This document shows, one piece after another, positions 16,859 through 24,373 of a stretch of 37,518 nt of DNA; within the stretch, counting starts at the first letter, position 1, and every line of letters starts with the position of its first letter. The translations under genes and the position numbers were made by a program. This DNA is from a bacterium (GTDB taxonomy: Bacteria; Ratteibacteria; UBA8468; B48-G9; DTJG01), in the NCBI GenBank assembly GCA_026418655.1, contig JAOAAW010000134.1:1-37518 (forward strand), in the 5' to 3' direction. Below the pieces are notes generated by a model. That model was not told the origin of the DNA. It did not search any database and was given only the letters and a program-made list of their open reading frames with translations.

Positions 16859-19591
16859 ATGGAAAAAATTTTTTCAAAAATTGAAAAATCTTTTGACGTA
16901 GAAAGATGGAAGAAACTTGCCTGTAAAATTTATGAAATTGAGAAAAATTTTTGTTATCGTGATTTCAGAAAAAGCGCAATTTTTTGCAATAACGAACTTG
17001 AATGTTCTGGTGCAAAAAAGGTCGAACTGATTAAACTTAACGCAGATGGTAGGACAGTGTATGGTGATTTTATCATGCCTCAGGCATGGAATTTCGAATT
17101 TGCAAAACTTGAAATTGTTGAACCTGATGCATTAAAAGGAAGAGTAATCGCAGACACCTCAATACATCCATTTCACATTGCAAATCGTTCCTGCAGAATA
17201 AAGGAAAATATCTTTGAAGTAGTTGACATAAAGGATATATCTGAGCGCAGTAATCTCATCGGATGCTTTGTTTTCTGTGGAAACATTCACCCACGAGAAT
17301 GCAGAAATGATATAGAAAAAACAGGTGCGATAGGTATTATTTCTTCGTTCTCAAAAGCACCTGATATAAAGGATGGAATTTTCTGGGTAAACGGATGGGT
17401 GAAAAATTCAGGTTGGTACCATACAAAACAGGATAGAAAAATGGCCTGTTTTTCCATAACACCTGAAGATGGTAAATATCTTCAAAGCCTTCTTGACAAA
17501 GGACCGGTTAAAATTAGAACAGTAGTTAAAAGTAATACCTATGATGGTCATATTTATTCAATTACAGGACTGATTCCTGGTAAAACGGAAAAGGAGATGT
17601 GCATACTCGCGCATCTCTATGAACCAATGCTAACTGATAATGCAACAGGGGTTGCAGGAATTATTGAACTGTGCAGGGTTTTTAATAATTTAGTTAAAAA
17701 GAATGAATTCATTCCGGAATTTGGCATTAGATTTCTGTTCTCGATGGAAAGATATGGAATGATGGAATTCTTTGAAAAGAAACACAATGTTGTTTATGGT
17801 TTTAATGTTGATAGCATCGCTGATGATATTGTTAAAACCGGCTCACTTCATTACACATTTTATGGAAGTCCGTTTAATGTCCCTTTTTTTGGGGACTGGA
17901 TATTTGAAAAAATACTCAATGATTTTTTTAACTACCCCTGGAAGAAAAAATTGCCTGCTTATGAAGATGATACCTTTATCTCTGATTCCGCTATTAGCAT
18001 TCCTACTGGATATTTTATTTCACATCCAGGCAAACTTCATCATAATTCGTATCTGGCTGAAACAGTAAACTGGCAACAGGGAAAACAAGCCATTTTAGCA
18101 ATCGGGACATACATTATGGCACTGACATCTCCCTTAAAAAGCAATTACTCTGTATTTATTGAATATGCTGCAAAAAAGGAATTTTTCTCATACCTCAAGC
18201 ATCTATCTTCAAATATCGCCAAATCTATTGAAGAATTTACCTCTAAACAGATGAAAGAAAGGATTGAATATTTTGCGGATTATTTAAAGAAAAAATATCT
18301 TTCTGCAAAGCCATTTGGAATTGAATGCCAAAAAACTCTTTTAAAGGAAATTGATGAGATAACCAGGAAATTTCTCAAGAAAGTCAATTCAGGATTTCCT
18401 ATTCTGGCTGAAAATATTAGCTTTCCTTCAAGGGAAGAAAGGAAAGCTCAAAATATAGTGATTACCAGAAGAAAGCCAGTTTTCATCTTCTCACTTGCGG
18501 GCATCCCTCATAAGAAAAGAATCCATCCACCTGAAGGATTTCATCACATTATTAATAGGGTTGATGGGAAAAAAGATTTATGTCAGATTTTCAAAGAGGT
18601 AGATTTTGAAAGAGAAATCTACAATCTTAATACACTTGACGAGCAGGAAAAGAAAACATTGAGAAAGTATATTGAATATCTTGCAGATTATGATTATCTT
18701 GAATTCAAATACAAAACCATTGTTTCAAAGCATGATATAAAGAAAGCATTAGAAAAACTCGGGATAAAAAAAGACGATAAAATAGTAGTCCATGCCTCTC
18801 TTTCTTCAATAGGGTTTGTCAGGGGAGGTTCAAAAGCAGTGTGTGAGGCACTGATGGAACTTGTGGGTAAAAATGGTATCCTGATGATGCCTTCCTTCAA
18901 TCATGGAACGATTTTTGAAAAAAATCCTGATTCCTGTTTTTCACCACTTGAAACAGAAACAATAAATGGCTCAATACCACAGACATTCTGGAAAATGAAA
19001 AATGTGTACAGATCCTTGAATCCAACACATTCCTTTGCTGTCTGGGGCAAAGATGCAAAAGAATTTGTAAGGGATCATCATAAAGTTTTAACCATGGGAA
19101 AAGGAAGTCCTCTGGAACTTCTTGAAAGAAATGGTGGTAAAATTGTTTTGATTGATACATTAGACGCAAATACCTTTCATCATGTGGTTGAAACAACAAA
19201 TAATGTTCCTTGCCTTGGTAAAAGAACAGAACAATATCCTGTCAAACTTCCTTCTGGCAGGATTGTTCAAGTGAGAACATGGTCATGGCGGAATGGAGTG
19301 TGTGAAATAACTGATAGGGTTGTATATCTAAAATACATGATTAAACAAAATCTTTTGAAAACAGGAAAACTTGGAAATGCAGATGTTTTTGTAATTGATA
19401 TGAAAATATGCAGAAATGTCATTGAAAAATTTTTGAAAGGTAAAATTAAAGGATATCTCGGATGTCAATTTTGCAATATTAAACCCGTGGTCAACAAGTG
19501 GACCGTTGAAAGCGATTGGGATGAGGAGAAAGAAATGGTAAAAGAAAATACAACTGCATTTGTTGATGACTATAATCCTGTGTGTTTTTAA
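16859..19591 (+). CDS. Fusion protein: DUF2172/DUF4910-like (M28-aminopeptidase-like) domain, winged-helix segment, and AAC(3)-family N-acetyltransferase domain
   Basis: 910 aa. N-terminal part: MPQAWNFEFAKLEIV and HLYEPMLTDNATGVAGIIEL (DN at 17636-17641). Middle: HIINRVDGKKDLCQIFKEV. C-terminal part from about 18725: DKIVVHASLSSIGFVRGG, LMMPSFNH, SLNPTHSFAVWGKDA and LDANTFHHVVE, typical of aminoglycoside 3-N-acetyltransferases. Confidence 0.85.
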   Translation: MEKIFSKIEKSFDVERWKKLACKIYEIEKNFCYRDFRKSAIFCNNELECSGAKKVELIKLNADGRTVYGDFIMPQAWNFEFAKLEIVEPDALKGRVIADTSIHPFHIANRSCRIKENIFEVVDIKDISERSNLIGCFVFCGNIHPRECRNDIEKTGAIGIISSFSKAPDIKDGIFWVNGWVKNSGWYHTKQDRKMACFSITPEDGKYLQSLLDKGPVKIRTVVKSNTYDGHIYSITGLIPGKTEKEMCILAHLYEPMLTDNATGVAGIIELCRVFNNLVKKNEFIPEFGIRFLFSMERYGMMEFFEKKHNVVYGFNVDSIADDIVKTGSLHYTFYGSPFNVPFFGDWIFEKILNDFFNYPWKKKLPAYEDDTFISDSAISIPTGYFISHPGKLHHNSYLAETVNWQQGKQAILAIGTYIMALTSPLKSNYSVFIEYAAKKEFFSYLKHLSSNIAKSIEEFTSKQMKERIEYFADYLKKKYLSAKPFGIECQKTLLKEIDEITRKFLKKVNSGFPILAENISFPSREERKAQNIVITRRKPVFIFSLAGIPHKKRIHPPEGFHHIINRVDGKKDLCQIFKEVDFEREIYNLNTLDEQEKKTLRKYIEYLADYDYLEFKYKTIVSKHDIKKALEKLGIKKDDKIVVHASLSSIGFVRGGSKAVCEALMELVGKNGILMMPSFNHGTIFEKNPDSCFSPLETETINGSIPQTFWKMKNVYRSLNPTHSFAVWGKDAKEFVRDHHKVLTMGKGSPLELLERNGGKIVLIDTLDANTFHHVVETTNNVPCLGKRTEQYPVKLPSGRIVQVRTWSWRNGVCEITDRVVYLKYMIKQNLLKTGKLGNADVFVIDMKICRNVIEKFLKGKIKGYLGCQFCNIKPVVNKWTVESDWDEEKEMVKENTTAFVDDYNPVCF

Positions 19592-22500
19592 CTAAAATTA
19601 TGGAAAAGTTCTTCAACGGTTTTTAAGGCATTATCTTCAAATCTTTTTTTCATAATGTCCCATTCAAGGGCATGCCTGTAAAGCGTAATCTGAGCAATCT
19701 TTTTCGTGATTATTGAATTCCTATATGATTTTAGGTGCTGCGTATTTAAGATTTTGAGAATTTTTTTTATCCCGAGAATTTCTATAAGTGTTTCTGGAAC
19801 ATATGACTCAATAATTTTTTCAACAAGATTTCTCTTTTTTAAAATTTTTGTCAATTGATTATAAAGAATTGCTTGCAGTTCAAATAACATCTCACTTGTT
19901 TCCGTACTCAACAGATGCAATGGTTTTTTTGTTTTTTCTCGTAACGCAATCAACATTTCTGTTTCCGCAATAGCATTTTTTTCAATAATTGAAAATACAG
20001 ATTTCACCAAGTCCATCCTAGTTCTTTGATCCCAAACAAGAAATTTTTCATACTCATCACCGAGGAGAAAAGAGGGAAGAACCTCTGCTATTGAACTGCT
20101 TGTAACTCCACCTTTATTTGCAGAAGAATCCCTTATTTGCAGAATCCCCTTCTCTGCAATAAAATCCCTTGCAGTATCATCAAAAAATACATTTGCTCCT
20201 TCCACAATAATCTTCAGTTCTCTAAATAATTCTATAAAAGAGTCTACATTGTTCGCATTGATTGTATCCTTAAATCCACCGCACGGAATAAAAACATTAA
20301 TACTTGCCTTTTCGATAAATTTTCTCATACTTGTATCCGAAAGGAAATTTCTGTGAAAGAACGTTCCATCTTCTACAATGGTGCCATCAGATAATTTATA
20401 TTGCTGTTTTATTCGTGGAACTCTGAACCCAGCGGAACTGATTTTATCTCCGGGATAGGCAAGGCTATTTAGTCGGGGTCTCGTATGTCTTGCCAAAGCA
20501 ATTTTCATCAACTCTTTTTTATCAAGACCATCAGGATCAAAAAGCACACTACCACTATCAATAATTAACTTAATTTTTCCCTTGAAAGATTGTATCTGAT
20601 TTGCACCGAGGTCTCCATCAGGTCCACCGGTCATCATCAAATTTACTTGTTCTTCTTCCATTCCAGTGTATTTGAGAAGGGTTCTCAAGCAAGCCATAAC
20701 TGATGTTGTCGTCATACCACTGGTATAGATATTGCCACCAATAATACTGTAGATTTCATCGGTATTTTTACTTTTAAGAATTTTTTCTCCTTCAATAATG
20801 AGATGTGTTCCATCAATTTCTCCGAATAGCCCAAAAACCCTTTTATCCATGGTCAGTCCAAATGCATCATGCGGAATTCCAGTTGATTTACCTGTAGTGA
20901 TTGTCCTCCAATATCTATATTTTCTTTGCCTTGCAAGCTCTGCAATAATATCCATAAAGTGTCCTGTTCCTTCATCGGGTCCAAAAAAAACAATTTCGCT
21001 TTTCCCATAATAATCCACTATTTCATCCGAAGGTAAAATCAGGTCGAGTATGCCATTTGCAAAATCTAATATGGCCTCAAGTGCATCCGGAGCATATTCC
21101 GGATAAGGCACGATAACTCCTTTTGCACCACTTTCAGCAATATCTTTATGTTTGAGTCGCTGAGCAACTGGACCGAGTGCATAGTTCAGCAGTGGCATAT
21201 TATCAAGCTCTGTTTCGTAATTGTTTCTTGTTATTCTTATCAACCTTATCCCGCCGCGACTTATTTCTTCTGCCCGCATATATGTTGCAATCGAATAAAA
21301 ACCAACCACAAAAAAGACACTTTCAACTTTTTTTTCAAAAACAATAGGGTCCAAAATTCTATTAGTAAATTTGAAGGCAAAAGAGCGTTTCTTTGTCTGG
21401 TAAAAATTTGTTTTCAACAACTCTGTTATAATCTTACTCATGAACAAAAATATGTCAGCTGCTGTTGTATCATCAACAAGCGCAACTTTAACATCCCTTT
21501 CATAAGATTTCAATTCAGGGTATATTTTTTCTATTGATAGTTTCTCTCTTGAAGGATTAAATCTTTTATCGAAAATAGAAAATATTCGCTTTATAAAATG
21601 TGGATTCTGTTTTATCGCTGACATTATAATAGAACGGGTATATTCGGCTCTATTAGACTCAAAAATTCTTTTGGCAAAACCATCTCTTAATTGTTTTTCT
21701 TTAAGATCTTTCATAATCCGGCGATCTATTATTTCATCCTTGTGAATAAATGTGTGTACAAAAACAGCAGCAAACATTGAAAAAATGTATTCATAAAAAG
21801 AGAAGTAACCACCAGTATAAAGATCATCAAGGTCTAGTGGTTGAATGGAAAGAAGAAATTGTAATCTTTTAATTGCAGTGTTAAGTCTTTCCTTCGACAA
21901 TTTACCTTCAAGATAAATGGAACAGATTGACTCAATCCTTCCTGTCTTACCCCTGTAAGTTTCCCAGTATGCCCTTGTCAATGTTATTTCCAGTTCTTCA
22001 AGCATTCTTCTGATGACTGGAAGTACTGATTTTGAAAAATCTTCTTTGAACATAATTCTGGTTTCACCGGTTTCTATTGCTTTTGAGACAGAAATTACTG
22101 GCAGAAAACTTTTGTTAACTTTTTCCAGAAATTCTTCATATCTTTTCTTTGTAGCAGTGGGTATAGGGATTCCCGAAACAATATTATTAAATGCAAATGG
22201 TGATTCTCCATCTTTCAATCCGTTCAATTCTTTACATTTTTCAGGCCTTATGATGTATGTGTAATACCGTTGTTTTTTACCAAAATAGTATTCAATCCTG
22301 TTTCCAGACATAACAGGATTAAGAACTTTCTCCATTCTGTCTCTGTTTTCATCGGTTGCAATTCTAACCTGGACTCCTCCTTCCACTTTAAGCGGAACTT
22401 CTGAGACCTCACTCCTTAACACATACTGATTATTTTCAATTCTAATATTGCTGGCAATTGTCTTGAGCATTGTCTTTAATGAATCTCTTGACAATCCCCT

Positions 22501-22683
22501 GAAAAAATAACTCGGTAAGCCCAGTTCAGAAAGTAAAATACCAGCGGCAGCATTAATACAGGCGGCAGTAAGAAGTCCTTCATTTGTAAGTTCAATAACG
22601 CATTCGTATAGTAAACTTGGATCGAGTCCGCAGCTTTTTGCCTTCTCAACAATTGAACTTATTTGTGTTTTCTGGTTTTGCAC
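19588..22683 (-). CDS. Large NAD-specific glutamate dehydrogenase (about 115-kDa class)
   Basis: GGIRLIR, KHKDIAESGAKGVIVP and MMTGGPDGDLGANQI are hallmarks of the large bacterial GDH family. The ORF track begins at GTG 22770. The GTG at 22683, 4 nt after AAAGGAG (22688-22694), is the better-supported start and gives 1031 aa. Confidence 0.85.
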   Translation of the reverse strand: MQNQKTQISSIVEKAKSCGLDPSLLYECVIELTNEGLLTAACINAAAGILLSELGLPSYFFRGLSRDSLKTMLKTIASNIRIENNQYVLRSEVSEVPLKVEGGVQVRIATDENRDRMEKVLNPVMSGNRIEYYFGKKQRYYTYIIRPEKCKELNGLKDGESPFAFNNIVSGIPIPTATKKRYEEFLEKVNKSFLPVISVSKAIETGETRIMFKEDFSKSVLPVIRRMLEELEITLTRAYWETYRGKTGRIESICSIYLEGKLSKERLNTAIKRLQFLLSIQPLDLDDLYTGGYFSFYEYIFSMFAAVFVHTFIHKDEIIDRRIMKDLKEKQLRDGFAKRIFESNRAEYTRSIIMSAIKQNPHFIKRIFSIFDKRFNPSREKLSIEKIYPELKSYERDVKVALVDDTTAADIFLFMSKIITELLKTNFYQTKKRSFAFKFTNRILDPIVFEKKVESVFFVVGFYSIATYMRAEEISRGGIRLIRITRNNYETELDNMPLLNYALGPVAQRLKHKDIAESGAKGVIVPYPEYAPDALEAILDFANGILDLILPSDEIVDYYGKSEIVFFGPDEGTGHFMDIIAELARQRKYRYWRTITTGKSTGIPHDAFGLTMDKRVFGLFGEIDGTHLIIEGEKILKSKNTDEIYSIIGGNIYTSGMTTTSVMACLRTLLKYTGMEEEQVNLMMTGGPDGDLGANQIQSFKGKIKLIIDSGSVLFDPDGLDKKELMKIALARHTRPRLNSLAYPGDKISSAGFRVPRIKQQYKLSDGTIVEDGTFFHRNFLSDTSMRKFIEKASINVFIPCGGFKDTINANNVDSFIELFRELKIIVEGANVFFDDTARDFIAEKGILQIRDSSANKGGVTSSSIAEVLPSFLLGDEYEKFLVWDQRTRMDLVKSVFSIIEKNAIAETEMLIALREKTKKPLHLLSTETSEMLFELQAILYNQLTKILKKRNLVEKIIESYVPETLIEILGIKKILKILNTQHLKSYRNSIITKKIAQITLYRHALEWDIMKKRFEDNALKTVEELFHNFS

Positions 22684-22756
22684 ATAACTCCTTTTGCAAG
22701 TTAAATACGTTATCTTAATTTTACTTTTTTTGAAGAGTATTTCAACAAACCCAGAT

Positions 22757-23210
22757 TCAAAAACCTTCACCTTTTTCTACAATCGTCTCTTTTGTGGTCT
22801 CCACACTGATTTTTACTTCTTCAGTAATTTTCCTTTTTTTCCATGTGCCCCTTGAATACCATAAGAATGCAATCAATGCAGTAAGAATATTTGTGATCGG
22901 AAAGGATAGCCAGACACCTACCTCAGCAAGTGATGTGTAATGAGACAGAAAAAGAGCAACTGGAAATCTTAACAGCCACAGTGAAACAATTGAAGGGGAC
23001 ATAGACATAAAAGTATTTCCTGACCCGATAAATGCTCCGCTTACTGTCTGATGGATACCCATGAAACCAAATGTAAAGGCCATTAATTTTATGAAAACGC
23101 ACTTTTTCTGATGGTTCTATTTCTCCGGAAATAAAAAGAGATGTAAGTTTTGTCGCAAATATAAAAATAAGCAGTCCAAGGAAAGTAAGTATGGCACCAG
23201 TACTAGGGAC
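22757..23210 (-). pseudogene. MATE-family efflux transporter remnant: only the C-terminal third, and frameshifted
   Basis: ORF 22757..23083 reads FGFMGIHQTVSGAFIGSGNTFMSMSPSIVSLWLLRFPVALFLS...WYSRGTWKKRKI, which looks like MATE TM11-12. Upstream in another frame, GAILTFLGLLIFIFATKLTSLFISGEIEPSEKV looks like TM10. The frames switch at a T5 run (23104-23108). MATE-like sequence stops near 23210, whereas an intact MATE is about 450 aa. Confidence 0.65.
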
Positions 23211-23318
23211 CTGCGATCAATAATCAAAGATATCCAGAAAACCCTTAAATTCATCCCTGTTCCTGCAGATTTTACAGTCACTCTGGGTGGTGAGTGAGAA
23301 CTGTCCTTCTTTAAAAGG

Positions 23319-24362
23319 TCACCCAGGTCTGAGTAAAAAATTTGGACTGAGTGTAATTTCTCTTTTACCTGTATCTCCGGCAGTCTGAATCAGAAGTGTA
23401 ATATACGAAGCCATGATAACATCCTGGGTCTTCAGTTTCTCTGGATCTGTTGAACCCCTGATGTCATCGATAAAATCTCTCAAATATCCGCCATCATCTG
23501 ATTCTGGAAGTTCGACACTAATAATTTCTTTCTTCCCTGCCTGTGCAAATATGATATTTTTCGCAGTCGCTGATGTTTCAGCGATTCCACCTGTTCCATA
23601 AACAGTAAATCTCCAGTAGAATGGAAGGCTGTAGCCATGACTATCAGGTGCAAAGTAGGAAACATCTCCAAGCACACCGCAGCCGTTTTCCATTGTAAGC
23701 ATCATCTGACCTGCATCTTTAAAATGCGGATGTTTTTTTACAAATGCATTCCAGGATCTTGCGGCGTTTATTTTTGTAAATTTCATTCCTGTTGCCCACA
23801 TTATATAGTCAATCGCGTGTATCCCTATATCATTGATTGTACCGCCATGCATATCAGGCTGGAAATACCATTCAGGTCGCAAATCCATCATCAGAGGATG
23901 ATGACCTGTAAAAATTATACTGTGTATCTCTCCAAGGTTGCCTGATTTTATAAGGTTTCTCAAGCCAATAAATTGAGCCATGTTCCTCATATTCAATTGA
24001 CAGCCGACTTTCAAATTTTTCTCATTTGCTATTCTGGCAATTTCTTCAATCTCAGAAATTCTTGTGCATAATGGTTTGTCGGAAATAATATGTCTTCCCT
24101 TTCCAAGGGCATCGATGGCAATCTTACCCCTTCTTCCATAACAATCACCTATGGCAATAATGTCACATTCAACCGAATTGAGCATTTCCTCATATTTGGT
24201 ATGTGTAATTTTGACAATGTTGTTTGTTTCTATAAACCGCCTCGTTGATTCATCTTCTTCGCAGGCTGCCACAAGCTCAATTTCCGGACTATTTTTTATT
24301 CTTGCAACAATATCATAGATATGACCATGCCTGAATCCAATAACGGCTAACTTCAGTTTCAT
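23319..24362 (-). CDS. Gfo/Idh/MocA-family oxidoreductase
   Basis: 347 aa. MKLKLAVIGFRHGHIYD, GRHIISDKPL, GGTINDIGIHAIDYIMW. GGGGA lies upstream of the ATG. Starts 11 nt after the stop of the upstream 791-aa gene. Confidence 0.9.
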   Translation of the reverse strand: MKLKLAVIGFRHGHIYDIVARIKNSPEIELVAACEEDESTRRFIETNNIVKITHTKYEEMLNSVECDIIAIGDCYGRRGKIAIDALGKGRHIISDKPLCTRISEIEEIARIANEKNLKVGCQLNMRNMAQFIGLRNLIKSGNLGEIHSIIFTGHHPLMMDLRPEWYFQPDMHGGTINDIGIHAIDYIMWATGMKFTKINAARSWNAFVKKHPHFKDAGQMMLTMENGCGVLGDVSYFAPDSHGYSLPFYWRFTVYGTGGIAETSATAKNIIFAQAGKKEIISVELPESDDGGYLRDFIDDIRGSTDPEKLKTQDVIMASYITLLIQTAGDTGKREITLSPNFLLRPG

Positions 24363-24373
24363 CTTTTCCCCTG

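Noticed and set aside
23216-23296. A plus-strand peptide, ...DIQKTLKFIPVPADFTVTLGGE*, reminiscent of a loop segment of RND-type efflux pumps.
   Set aside because: It is about 30 residues with no start, and the resemblance is impressionistic. That is too short to call as a feature, so it is mentioned only as part of the scar region.
23283-23316. A possible hairpin (TGGGTG ... CACCCA) just downstream of the 23319..24362 gene that could act as a terminator.
   Set aside because: It is a 6-bp stem with a ~22-nt loop and no adjacent U-tract on the relevant strand, so it is too weak to annotate.
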